Notes under the pieces: model-generated | What the model saw: only the letters and a program-made list of their open reading frames with translations | Database searches by the model: none | What the model was told of the DNA's origin: nothing | Translations under genes and position numbers: made by a program | Assembly (NCBI RefSeq): GCF_018350175.1 | Contig: NC_058368.1 | Location: 113,090,001-113,154,000 of the forward strand | DNA length: 64,000 nt | Direction of reading: 5' to 3' | Source of the DNA: Felis catus | Lineage: Eukaryota | Shown here: piece after piece, positions 12,202 through 23,465 of the stretch | How positions within the stretch are numbered: position 1 is the first letter of the stretch | Layout: each line of letters begins with the position of its first letter

Positions 12202-13609
12202 CACTAACGTGGGGTTTCACACACCGGCCATCCCACCTGGAGGATGGCTTCACTTTCCTATTGATGGATGGACCTCTTGGGTCGACAGGGACCATCTGTC
12301 TCCCAAATAGCATTTCTAGTGCTTCAATCACAACTCCAATAATCACTTCCCCCAAACACATTAGTAGGAAATGATGTAAAAAAATAATTAAGCGTAACTA
12401 TTCACTGCATTAGAAATTGATGGTATCTGTGTTTTGTAAATTAAAGACACGTAGGAGCAAATGATCATTCTCGCAACTCATTGCTGCAGGACGATCTTGG
12501 CATTGTTGCATAGAATTCATCCCAGTTAGAGGAACATTTGAGAACTTGGTGTTTCAAAGGAAAGAAGGGAAGAGTATAGTGTACTCCAGTAGAAACCAGG
12601 TGTCCCAACTATGAGTCCTGTGAGATCCTGCTCTATCCCCAGGAAGAGAATCAGTGGGATATTTTTGTAGAAGGGGACTTGTCAGGCAAAGCATTTGGAG
12701 CCTGACAGAATTGCCTTTCAAAAATGATACAATGACTTAAAAGCTAGATAATTTTCCATAAGTCATATAACCTTTCTGAATCCGTATCCTAATACAAGAG
12801 TTCTAAGAATTTAATTAGGTGACACATAGGGAGTGCCTGACACATTGTCTGGCGTGTGGATCCCAATTTTATCTATTGATTCTCTTCGCTCCTTCAGAGT
12901 CTTCAACATTCACACTGACGATCCGTTTGACATCCTGACCTCATGATCCGAAACGGGGAACACTCTGTGCTCCATTGTCAAACATAACGGAAAGACTTTG
13001 TTTTGTGCTATAACATGCTCTAAGTACCCTCTTGTCCTCTTGCTAACTGAACTTTGAACGCTGCAGTTCCCCTTGGCTTCCTGCGTAATTGCAAATATAC
13101 CTTTGATCCACCCTAATGTTTTTGCCTCTCACAGAGCCTGTGGTAGCCCCCATGACAGCCTCAAGCAGTGTTGGCTGAACCACAGGGAAGGGGCAGCAGG
13201 CAGCTACCTATGTGGAAATAAGTCCCATATTGCCTGGCATCCATGTGGTCATTCCTGGTTTACTCCCTTGGGTTAAGTAGTGCAAGGCCCAAGACTGGCG
13301 TCTTTGTTCGGCTCAGTGGACAAGCCCCGGAGGAAAGGCAAAGGAGGAAGGTTGAATTGGGGCCATAGCCACCTTCTCACTGACAGACACAGACTGTCAC
13401 GGTCTCAACAACCTTCTGCTTACCCTGTCTTCCCATCTAGAACATTCTTAAATCCCCTCTGTAGTTCTCCAGATCGTAACCATCCTGTAGACTTCACTTG
13501 CCATCCCACCTCCCCTGGAAGCATGTGTCACTACCCCAACCTGTTTCATTCCCTGCCTCCCTTCATCACATATGGCCCTAGGTTACTGCCATGACTTAGT
13601 TGTGTTCGA

Positions 13610-13840
13610 GAAGCGAGGCTCTGAAATCAGACAGAATAGATGTGAGCCTTGGCTCTTCCTCTCATTAGCTATGTGATCTTTAGGAAATGGCTCATCTTTT
13701 CTAAGGAGGAGTTTCCTCCTTTGTAAAAGGGATACCAATAACACATATCTCATCAGAGTGCTATGAAGATTAAATAAGATAATCCATAAAGAACGAAGAA
13801 AACTACCTTGAACGTAGTTAAGTGTTTAATAAACATTTTC
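13610..13840 (+). mobile_element. MIR, near full length
   Basis: ggctctgaaatcagacag...tagctatgtgatctttaggaaat...gtttcctcctttgtaaaagggata...gaagattaaataagataatcc...taagtgtttaataaacatt. Confidence 0.8.
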
Positions 13841-15356
13841 TAAATTACTTAACATTTTTCAGTATAAATTCCTGTTGGACAAGATTGATGATCTATCCAT
13901 CCATCCTTCCATCCACCTAACAAACTCTTGGGACTCAGAGATGAACCAGACCCAATCTGTGCCCTCAGGGAGCTGGCAGTCTTACCAGGGAAGCAGAATG
14001 CAAACAAGTTCATTATGATGTGATATATCTGAAAGGCTTATGGCTTGCCAGCTTGGAACCTGTCAATCTTCCCTGTCGATATGACAGTTAAGACAGCACA
14101 TCCTCATTTGGCTGCAGTGTGCTGTCCCTTCATGGCTCCTGGCTGCTCATTGAAGCCTCTTGGTACAGGAGAGAAAGTTGGAAGCTGTGGCTACACAGAT
14201 CTGGAGGGACCTGTGCTGTATTGTGATTTCAATGCTACAATAACCTCCTCTTTTGCCACACGGGCAATTGAACAGCTTGTAATGCAGACTGCTTGAGCAT
14301 CTAGGAACTTCGCCAGAATTCCAATCCATCGAAACCATTTATTCCAAACTGAGGGTCAGTGGACCAATCCTGGACTTGATTCTAGAGCCAGTCAGCAAAG
14401 GATACGGGTCACCTGATGACCCCTCGACCCCTTCCATCCAACAACTCTGTCTTAACCATCCCAGGCAAGGAATAAAATAAGTCCTGTCTTTGGAAGATTT
14501 TCAGGAGAGTCAGTTCCCCGGTGGCGTGGTGGGGGTGGGGGGTGTGCTTCTAATATGACATTAATCATAAAACCTCTGAATCATCATACAAAGCTGTGGG
14601 AGCATATGAATATAGGAATAGTATCCAATTAGCTTGGGAGATTACAATAGCCTGTGAGCTTGGCCTTAGGGCTGTGGTTGTTATATAAACCATCTGGTCT
14701 CTGGTGCCTGCAGACCTAAAGCTGATGGGACGACATGTGGTCTTTAGGGTCCAGTGGAGAGTATACGCAGCTCTGCATGGTCCCCATGACCAGCAATAAA
14801 AAGCTCCATCCTAAATTACCTCTGTGCCTTTTCACATAATGTTCTTTCCAACTGGCACCTTCGCCCACCTGGAGGATCTGCTATTCTGGAGAAACATCGC
14901 TCATATGTCCTGTCTTGTGAAGTTTTCCTGAATACACCATCAGTCATTCTGTGCTTCTAGTTCGTTCAATAAATGTTTCTGAGACTCTCTTGTTACTTAT
15001 ATGTGCGTATGTCACTACATTTTATGATTTGTGTACATGTCTCGATTAGACTTGAACTTCCCAAAGGCAAGGACATGTCTGTTTCCCTATTCCAATGCCC
15101 AGCACAGAGTCAGAGTTACAAGATATGAATAGACAGGACCAAGTGGTTAAAGAAGAGATCATAATTTCAAGCACGCTAGTGGGGAAGGCATAGCTAGGAG
15201 GGATGAAGAAGCTTCTGGTGGTCTCCCGGGTGAGAGGAAGTACCGTGGATAACTTCTGATCTAAAATGGAAGATACCGATCCAACCCCTTCTTGGCTGTT
15301 TGCTCTCAGAGCTTTACAACCCTTTGGTCTCCTGGCCATCTGGCCTTGCTTTTTTC

Positions 15357-15670
15357 CTGATTATTCTGCTAAATTTTACTACTTTCTAAAGTCTTAAGGT
15401 TATTTACATCTACTGTGTCTGTAGGTGAAAATACTGTATAATGGTAAACCATACAGATACAACAGACGTAAAAACCTTAAGAGCCTAGATGATAAAATGT
15501 AGCAAAGTAATCAGAGTTTTGAATACATATCACCTTTGCTTTTAATGTAATTTATCTAATCGTAAACATACACGATTTAATTTTAACATGGCTCTGTTTA
15601 ACAACCAGCTTGGAAAAGTCGTAAAACTGTAACAAGCAGCGCTTGTAAGCCAGCGTGGGCCAGACCCAGT
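15357..15670. mobile_element. MER63-like hAT-Blackjack element fragment with an inverted internal duplication
   Basis: 15448-15670 follows MER63B/C text (accatacagatacaacagacgtaaaaacc...tgtttaacaaccagct...taagccagcgtgggccag). 15357-15444 is the reverse complement of the same internal segment. Confidence 0.75.
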
Positions 15671-16303
15671 TAGGATGATTCACTCCGATCATTGCCCCAG
15701 ACCCTCCCTATAGGACTCGGCACACCACGGACCATCCACATGCCCAGGACTAGAGGCTGGAGCCTCAGGCTTGTTCAGGCGTGCCCTAAAGGAAAGGAGG
15801 TCTGGCCGTCAGAAGAACTGCCACTCTGCCATCAGAGACAGAGCCCATGGAGGCTCCAGACCAGGTTAGTCCTTGTCCCGTTAGTGGTAGGTTCAGTTGG
15901 CCCCGGCATGTCGGGGGGACTCTGAAATGGAGATCTCTGTTTTTCAGGGAGGCTTCCTAGGAGCTGGAAGGCCAAGAGGATTGGGCAGAGGGCAAAGGTG
16001 AGCTTGGATGTTAGATGCAGTGTGGGCCCCAGCTGACCCCACGAGGAGCTCCCGCAGTTGGAGGGCGCTTCCGGCCTCTGTATGTCAGACCGCCCCGTTG
16101 TCAGATACGGGCTGCCCTTGGACAGAAGGTACGACGTTGGACAGGCGGCTTCCTCTGCCCAGGGGAGTCCCTGAGGAGGGGTTCAGCTGTGAGCCCTGGA
16201 GCAGGCAGTGCTGGTGGTGGCAGGGATGTGTTATCGATGCCTTGGTTCAGAACTAAGAGATTTAGATTTTCGTTTATCAGTTTGTTTAAAATAACAAAAG
16301 CCC

Positions 16304-16510
16304 AGAATGTCTGCGTGGCTCCCTCGTTAAGCCTCCAACTTCAGCTCAGGTCGGTGATCTTGCTGTTCTTGAGTTCGATCCCCACGTCTGGCTCTGTGCT
16401 GACAGCTCAGAGCCTGGAGCCTGCTTTGGATTCTGTGTCTCCCTCTCTCTCTGCCCCTCCCCTGCTCATACACTCCTAACTCTCACAAAAATAAGCGAAC
16501 CATAAAAAGT
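16304..16510 (+). mobile_element. Can-SINE (diverged head)
   Basis: cttcagctcagg...ggctctgtgctgacagctcagagcctggagcctg body. TSD taaaataacaaaagccc (16287-16303) / taaaataacaaaatccc (16511-16527). Confidence 0.9.
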
Positions 16511-16544
16511 TAAAATAACAAAATCCCGTAGTTGTAACAAAAAA

Positions 16545-16828
16545 TATCTGAATTTTCAAAATTAGAAAGAAGTTAGTAAAAAATGTGATACTGTCTCACA
16601 TATTTTGCAAACCTCTTCAACATTTGGCTTTAATAAAAGCTGGATTCTCATGTCTACTTTTACATTCAATAGGTCTTGACATCGCATGTCATATAGCTTC
16701 TGAAAAACTCCTTCGTACATGCGTAAGACACTGAGAAATAAGAAGACAAATAACATCCTTATAAAAATAGTTCTGGCCTCATGGACCCTGACAGGGTTCC
16801 AAGGACCTTCACTTGGAGAACTGCTCCT
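16545..16828. mobile_element. hAT-Charlie (Charlie1/MER119-like) terminal fragment
   Basis: ttttgcaaacctcttcaacatttggctttaataaaagctggattctcatgtctacttttacattcaat...ataaaaatagttctggcctcatggaccctgacagggt...cacttggagaactgct. Confidence 0.7.
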
Positions 16829-16869
16829 CACCATCTGACCTGGAGAAGTAGGTGTGGGCCTCAAGCTGT

Positions 16870-17054
16870 TCACATAAGGAGTAGTTTTGAACTGCGTCTT
16901 GGGCCTCGTGAATGTCACGTTTAGGAGACTCAGGATTATGTTATGTCCTAAGGAGAGGTTTGTTGTTTTTTGTTTTCCCAGCAGACAGTGCACCTGGTTG
17001 GGCTCACACGGCAAGCCCTGTCTCTTGGGCAGCTTACGGCATTTCTGGAGTCTG

Positions 17055-17112
<58 letters not shown>

Positions 17113-17515
17113 CGTTCAGGGCTCGGCCAGACACTCTGGCAGAGTTTACACGCTGAATTTGGGGTTCTCCCCTCTGGCTCTCTCTTTCATGGGTTCCCCC
17201 TCACCTTCCAGCAGCTATGGTTGCCCCAGACTCAGTCCTCTTGTTTTTCACACCAGGAAGGTTATTGGGTCTCTCCTGGAGTTTGGGCCACTCCGCAGAC
17301 TGCAGATTTCAGCCTGCCCTTGGGCCCAAAACCCCGTAAAAATCTCACCCTCACAGTCTCATCGCTTTGGTCTGAGCATCACGTCCCCTCCAGAAGCTGC
17401 CTGACTTTTGCATACTCTCTAGTCTCACATGCTTGTGGACTATGGTGTCTTGGTATTTTGTTCAGTCTAGTTGCTATCTGCAGGAGGGTCGGGTGGTCAC
17501 AGGGCAGAGGAAGGG
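16870..17515 (-). mobile_element. Ancient L1M 5'UTR fragment containing a (GT)n microsatellite
   Basis: Ends tattttgttcagtctagttgctatctgcaggagggtcgg, resembling the reverse complement of L1MC4/L1ME 5' ends (from memory). Confidence 0.5.
17057..17108. repeat. (GT)n microsatellite, about 26 units
   Basis: Uninterrupted gt run. Confidence 0.97.
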
Positions 17516-17667
17516 CATGAGCCTTTGTGAGGGGAACCTCTCCAACCCCCTTCTTCCCTCTTCCTCAGCCTCCTCTTGGGTCTTACCAAGGAGGAAGAAT
17601 ACTAATGTAGATTCTATTGTAGATTCTGTGAATTAAATAGTTGGTACACAGGTGCCATTCTGTTTTT

Positions 17668-17892
17668 TTTTTTTTAATTTTTTTTTCAACGTTTTTTATT
17701 TATTTTTGGGACAGAGAGAGACAGAGCATGAACGGGGGAGGGGCAGAGAGAGAGGGAGACACAGAATCGGAAACAGGCTCCAGGCTCCGAGCCATCAGCC
17801 CAGAGCCTGACGCGGGGCTCGAACTCACGGACTGCGAGATCGTGACCTGGCTGAAGTCGGACGCTTAACCGATTGCGCCATCCAGGCGCCCC
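17668..17892 (-). mobile_element. Can-SINE (young SINEC_Fc type)
   Basis: Near-identical to the copy at 1198. Perfect TSD gtgccattctgttttt at 17652-17667 and 17894-17909. Confidence 0.97.
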
Positions 17893-19071
17893 TGTGCCAT
17901 TCTGTTTTTAGCTGTTTCCCTTCCTGGGGTGGGGGTGGGGGGGGGCAAGCAGACACGGGTCCCCTTCCTCCAGCTGATCAGACAGTATCTGTTTCCTTCC
18001 AGTTGCTCCTGTTTTTCTTGTTAGCAGCTGGCCTGGGACATCTCCCTCAGCTGAGATCCAGGATAACTCAGCACTAAGTACTGGGACCCAGAACCCTTTC
18101 TTCTCTTATAACTTATCTCTAATTACATTCCTCTTGGTGATGGGTTTGTATTGGATCAACTTTTGGCCTACCGTTCTTTAGGCCTAACTAGCTGAGGAAA
18201 AAGGTTACCAGCTTGCTAGAGTTCTCTATTTTGGAGTTGGAGGCAAAACCACGGCTAATAATACATTGTTTTGTTATATTTGCTGCATTTTATTCTTGCC
18301 AGGCATTTCCCCATATTTATCTATCCCTCTGGGATCTCAGAGAGATAAATGTTGATTGTCAGGGCAGGATTAATGAGATCCCAAGTGCTTAGCAAAAACA
18401 ATATCTAACAGTACCCCAAAGTCACCATCAATGCCCAGTGGAGACTCCACTAAAACTTGGCACACATGTGCCTCTCCTCACACCATTCAGAACCTCAGGG
18501 TCTGAGTGACTGAGGCACAGGGTCCAGAGTCTCTTCCCAGGCCGTCTGTGCAGACGTGGTTATGAGAGACCCACAAGCAGGAGAGAAGGCGCCCAAGACT
18601 AGAGGACCCACCAGGCTGCATGCCTTTCAGGCACCTGCTGGGTTGTGGGCAGAGCTCTGTTTGAAAAGCTCGACTTGCTGGGCTGCTGGTGTTTCCTCTC
18701 ACACCTGTGTCCTCTGCTAGACTGGGGGGGGGGGGGGGGAAGAGGGGGGCTTGGCTTCCAGGACCTCATCTTTTTCCTCTTACTCATGCCAGACTCTTGG
18801 CACATGGTGTTCTATTTCTTTTCTCAGTCTTTCCGTGCCCAGATGTCGGAAAGATTAGTTCAGCTTCAAATCCTTGCCACGTTGCCTGGAAAGGGTCCGT
18901 AACACCATTCAGCATGACCCCCATTCTGGTGTAACTGACCCTCTTCCCACAGGACCTGTCCCCATGTTCTCTCCTTGCCAGGGATCCTGCTGCCCCTTCA
19001 GCCTCCTCTCTCAGGGATGCCCACTTCACTAACAACATTTCCTCTTTTGTGTCTAAAGCTTGCTGTGTTGC

Positions 19072-19552
19072 TGTACCAATCAGGGTCCCAGCAGGGGAAA
19101 ATGGCACACATACATACATAGGCTGGATATTGTAAGGAAAATTTGATAAAGGGATTTTTATTTGATAGAGGGATGGTCAGGGTTTAAAGAAAAATCAATG
19201 GGTGGTGCAGTCCTCCGGGACTGGGCACAGAAGGGAATGTTAACTGGAGCCCAGAGTGGGGACTCTAGGAAAGAGGCCACCTGATGGGAACTCTGGCCTA
19301 TGGTCTAGGACAAAGCCAACCTGGGGGCCCCCAGTAGTGAGAAATGGCAAGGAAGTACACCCCCACTGTCACTCTTCTCCTGTCTTCTGACCTCCTGCAG
19401 TTGACTGCCACTGGCTTACCTCAGCCAGAAGCCACCGGGCAAAGATGCCCATTGAAACAATACACAGAGGCCACACTCCTGGCCACAGCACGGGGGTGAT
19501 GAAGGGAGATGGGGATAGGTCTGGAGGAGCAAAGATAACATTGTTCAAGACA
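19072..19552 (-). mobile_element. ERVL solo LTR (LTR33-like)
   Basis: tgtaccaatcagggtcccagcaggggaaaatggcacac...gaggccacctgatgggaactctggcct...cagaagccaccgggcaaagatgcccattga...ggtctggaggagcaaa...aca; tg...ca termini. Confidence 0.8.
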
Positions 19553-19619
19553 CTCCCCATCTTGTCCTACTTTCTTTCTTACAATCTCCGGAAAAAGGAA
19601 CAGAGTGTTTTTTATTCCA

Positions 19620-19830
19620 AGGGAAGTAGTATAGTATAATGAACAGACATTTATGGGTTAATCTCGCTTACCTGCTCTATGTTCTTAGGCAAACCATTTA
19701 ACCCATGTGTATTCCAGTTTTCACATCTGCAAAATAATATATATTTTACGGGGCTTTTATGAGGCTGTTGTGGTGGGTATAAAGCCCATAGGATGAGGTC
19801 TATCACATTGGAAGCCTCAATAAATGGCAA
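19620..19830 (+). mobile_element. MIR fragment
   Basis: cttaggcaaaccatttaaccc...cagttttcacatctgcaaaata...ctcaataaatgg. Confidence 0.65.
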
Positions 19831-20427
19831 ATATCCTTAGAAGGCCAATCTTTCCTTGCGTACCCTTAATCCTATCAGTACTGTCTCTTGCTTTTGCAGC
19901 TTCATTCTGTCCAAGGCATCCTTCCCTGTGTCAGCAAACACGTCTGGTCACCCCTTTTCCTAATTCTACTTTCATGCTATTCACAAAAACAAGTGCCATG
20001 GTGGGCATTCTCCTAGAGCTGACATTCCGGGAGGGTCAGAGGCCAGCGTGGACCGTAGCCTTGAACCAGCAACATGCCCTTCACCCATATTCAACCCAGG
20101 TGACCACAACCATACTCTCAGCCAGCACGTTGTCTCAACTGTCTGGTTGGCTCGGACTGCAGGAACCTCATGAAGAATGACATTTACTGGCAAAGGCAGC
20201 ACCCAAATTGAGTGGCCAATCCAAACAGTTATGTTAGTGTTGAGTTTTCGTTAGAGATGGGGTGAAAGATCTGGAAAAGACTGTCTCTGATGTGATTAGT
20301 TATGAACTGTGCATGTGTATGGTTTATTGGCCTTTTCCAGTTGTGTCCTAGATGTAAACAATCCTCATGCCCTAGGATCCAGGAGACGTCCCTAACTGGT
20401 GATGTGATAAGGAAAGTCACAGCCCTT

Positions 20428-20643
20428 GGGGCACCTGGGTGGCTCAGTCACTTGAGCGTCGGACTTCGGCTCAGGTCATGATCTCACAGGTCGTGATTGT
20501 GAGCCCCACATCGGGCTCGCTGCTGTCAGCACAGAGTCTGCTTCAGATCCTCTGTACCCCCCTCCCTCTGCCCCTCCCCTGCTCGCGTTCTCTGTCTCTC
20601 AAAAATAAATACACACTTAAAACAATAAATTAAAAATAAAAAA
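20428..20643 (+). mobile_element. Can-SINE
   Basis: ggggcacctgggtggctcagtc head. TSD gaaagtcacagccctt / gaaagtcgcagccctt. Confidence 0.94.
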
Positions 20644-20731
20644 GAAAGTCGCAGCCCTTAAAGTGGACATCTAAGCACCAGCAGTGTTAGCAGCAGGTAA
20701 TGATACAGACCGTCCATGCCCTGGTGCCCTT

Positions 20732-21121
20732 TGTGTTAGATCGCTAGGACTGCCATGACAAGGTGTTACAGACCGGCTGGCTCAAACAACACAAACGTAT
20801 GGTCTTACAGATCTGGAGCCAGGGGTTCCAAATCATTGTGTCTGCAGGTTCTTTCTGAGGGCTGTAAGGGAAGGATCTATCCCAGGCCTCTCCCTTTGGC
20901 CTGTAGATGGCCATTGCCTCCCTATATATCTCTTCACATTGTCTTCTCTGTATGTGTGTCTTTTTCGGAGGACATCGGTCATATTGGACTACAGCTTACC
21001 CTAATAACCTCGTCTACCTCCGTCAAGACCATATCTCTAGATACGGTCACAGGCTCAGGTACTAAGAGTAGCTCTTCAACATACAAATCTGTGGGAGAGG
21101 GATGCAGTTTAAACCATAATA
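20732..21121 (-). mobile_element. MaLR solo LTR (MLT1B-like)
   Basis: tgtgttagatcgctaggactgccatgacaa...ttctttctgagggctgtaagggaaggatct...ggacatcggtcatattgga...tcttcaacatacaaat...aaaccataata. Confidence 0.85.
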
Positions 21122-21213
21122 CCCTCCTATGATTCTTGAGTCAGTGGAGGCTCATAAAACTAAATATATCTAGAAGATTCTCAAGTTGGCTACATCTCCA
21201 TAGTTAATATTCT

Positions 21214-21501
21214 TTTTTTATATTAAATATAATTTATTGTCAAATTGGTTCCCATGCAACACCCAGTGCTCATCCCAACAGGTGCCCCCCTCAACGCCAT
21301 CACCCACTTTGCCCTCTCCCTCACCCCCATCAACCCTCAGTTTGTTCTCAGTATTTAAGAGTCTCTTACGGTTTGCCTCCCTCCCTCTCCATACCTTCCT
21401 CCCCCCAAAAAATAAAAATAGATCTACCCTAGACCCAGCAATAGCACTGCTAGGAACTTACCCAAGGGATACAGGAGTGCTGATGCATAGGGGCACTTGT
21501 A
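21214..21501 (-). mobile_element. Short felid L1 insertion with 5' inversion (twin priming)
   Basis: 21214-21406 is the L1 3'UTR on minus. 21407-21501 is an ORF2 C-terminal piece on plus ([23 protein letters not shown]). TSD ctccatagttaatattct (21196-21213) / ctccatagttaatgttct (21502-21519). Confidence 0.93.
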
Positions 21502-23061
21502 CTCCATAGTTAATGTTCTAAACAACCATTTTCTTGCCAAGGGCAAACTCCTTGACCGTCCTCCCTTGTGATTTACTTTTTGCCTGGTGTCTACAGATGC
21601 CACATGGATTAAGGAATTTACATGCAGTGCAGGGATGTTGACCGCACTGTTCTCTTCCCTTTGCACAGTGAGAGTAGGTCCCTGGGCATCCTCAAATGAA
21701 CTAACTGGCAGAAAACTCAAGAGTTTCAGCCTGGACCTGTCTGCTTCTGAATATGCTTCTGTCACATCTTTGGGTAATACTGTCTGAGAGCCTTTATTTG
21801 TCTTGTCAACACAGACCAGGTAAAGAACATTACAACTGAGCTCTCTCAACCCTGTCTTTTCCACATCTTGTCCTGTCCCTCATGTCCAGAACCCCAGGGT
21901 ATGCCTAGTACCTACCCCAGGGCAACATGAAGAAAAGACTTTTTCTTTGCAGCACTTAAAATGTTCAGGTTGATTTTCTAGCTCCAGGCTGCTGAATCCA
22001 CAGATATTCTATGGCAGAAAGCTATTATTTGTCCAGGGCTCAGAGGTGAGAGTGCGTCAGAGGAAGGAGGGAGAGGATTGGCATTCGGCTCCCACGACCA
22101 CCATCTGCAGAGAACTCTGTGCTAGAAGCAGAGCAAGGTGCAGGGGAGACAGGAGCACTCTGCCCTCAAGGAACTTATAGCAGCTCTGAGAGACTTTTGT
22201 AGACCATGAGGAGATTCGAGCTGAGGGGACTAGAAAAGGCATTGACCTGTGTCTGTGGCCCTGCCTGAACTAGACCATTTGTGTCTCACCTGAGAGATGG
22301 ATCTCACAGATTGTTCTTGAGACTAAATAACCCAAACTCTAGAATGTGTTGATGCTGGTCTCTTGTAGGGCTTCCAACTTAGGCCCTTAGGGTCAGACTG
22401 GTGATGAAGTTCCTCCTGAAAGGATTGAAAACATCCACTGTTCATCATCTAGGGCAAGACATGACTTGGAAAGCAGACTGTAGACAGGGAAGGCAAATCA
22501 TTCCCTCCTTGCAGCGTCTATCTGACCCTGACTCTGAGCCATGGAGGGGTCCTGATTTAGGGGTGGGGGAAGGGGAGGGGAGCTCACCCAGCCAAAAGGA
22601 AGCTGCTCAGTTAGGAGTAAAAGAGGCAGCAGGATGAGAGACCCAAAGACGGCGCTTGCCTGTTCAGTGATCGGATGCTATTCCTCTCTCATCATTCCTG
22701 AAACTTCGGTAAAATTTCAAAGTTATAGCCTGGCTCACATAGCACTGCAGGTAGTAAGAGGAAGGGCAGGTCCCCTGCCATGGAGAAGTCAACGGGTGAG
22801 GGCACAGGGTCCTCTGAAGCCATGGTGGAAGCCGTGGTAAGAGGCATGGAAGGCTCTATGAGCTCAGATACCAGCCCCTGTGAGCGGGCCCCCAAGGCAT
22901 CAGCCCAGGGACAGGTGGAAGGGGCCATCTGCTGACAGAAGAGCTGGTAGAACACGGGTCACTGTGGTTCCAGTTTTACACATAAGCAGTCCCTTGTTTA
23001 GTCTGAGACATCCTATGCAACAGGTCAGCACAGGTGTGAGGAAAAGATAGACTCCGTGTGG

Positions 23062-23465
23062 ACAGTGGTTCAGAGCATAGGGGTTTGACTGCAAAGAGTG
23101 GCTCAGAGCTTGGGTTGTGGAATCAGGCAACTTGGTTTGAGGGCCCCCGGCGCCATTTGCTGGCTGCAATACTGTGGATTAAGTTAATTTTGCTGAGCCT
23201 CGGTTTCCTCATGTAAAATGAGGATGATCCTAGTGCCTTGTAGGATTCTTATAAGATTCAGGGATATAGATAATCCATGGGAAGTACTTAGCACGCCTTC
23301 ATTCGTTCATTTATGTATTCACAGCTCAAAAGGGGGTATCGATCACTTGCCCTGTGCCAGGATACATCCGTGAATAAAAGCAGAGAAATCTCATGCTCTC
23401 CTCCCCACCATCACTGAGTTTATAGCCATGTGCTATTTAGAGTAAGCCCTCAAATAAGATAACAC
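23062..23465 (+). mobile_element. MIR interrupted by a minus-strand L2 3' fragment (about 23298-23425)
   Basis: ctgagcctcggtttcctcatgtaaaatgaggatgat...gtacttagcac, then ttcattcgttcatttat (L2 tail), then the MIR end gtaagccctcaaataa. Confidence 0.65.

Noticed and set aside
12880..13025. Strong acceptor ttctcttcgctccttcag at 12897 followed by coding-looking sequence
   Set aside because: All three frames stop within about 50 nt, there is no convincing donor, and the peptide is not recognised.
14406..14422. gggtca-cctga-tgaccc inverted nuclear-receptor half sites
   Set aside because: The spacer is 5 nt, not the 3 nt of an estrogen response element; isolated motif.
16562..17520. Long overlapping ORFs of 144-202 aa with HT/VC dipeptide runs
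   Set aside because: They are read-throughs of the (GT)n microsatellite and flanking repeat fragments, with no recognisable domain.
22409..22540. Possible C/D box snoRNA (GTGATGA at 22421, CTGA at 22522 and 22528, flanking 9-bp inverted repeat)
   Set aside because: The terminal stem is not positioned canonically and I see no rRNA/snRNA-complementary guide; snoscan or Infernal would be needed.
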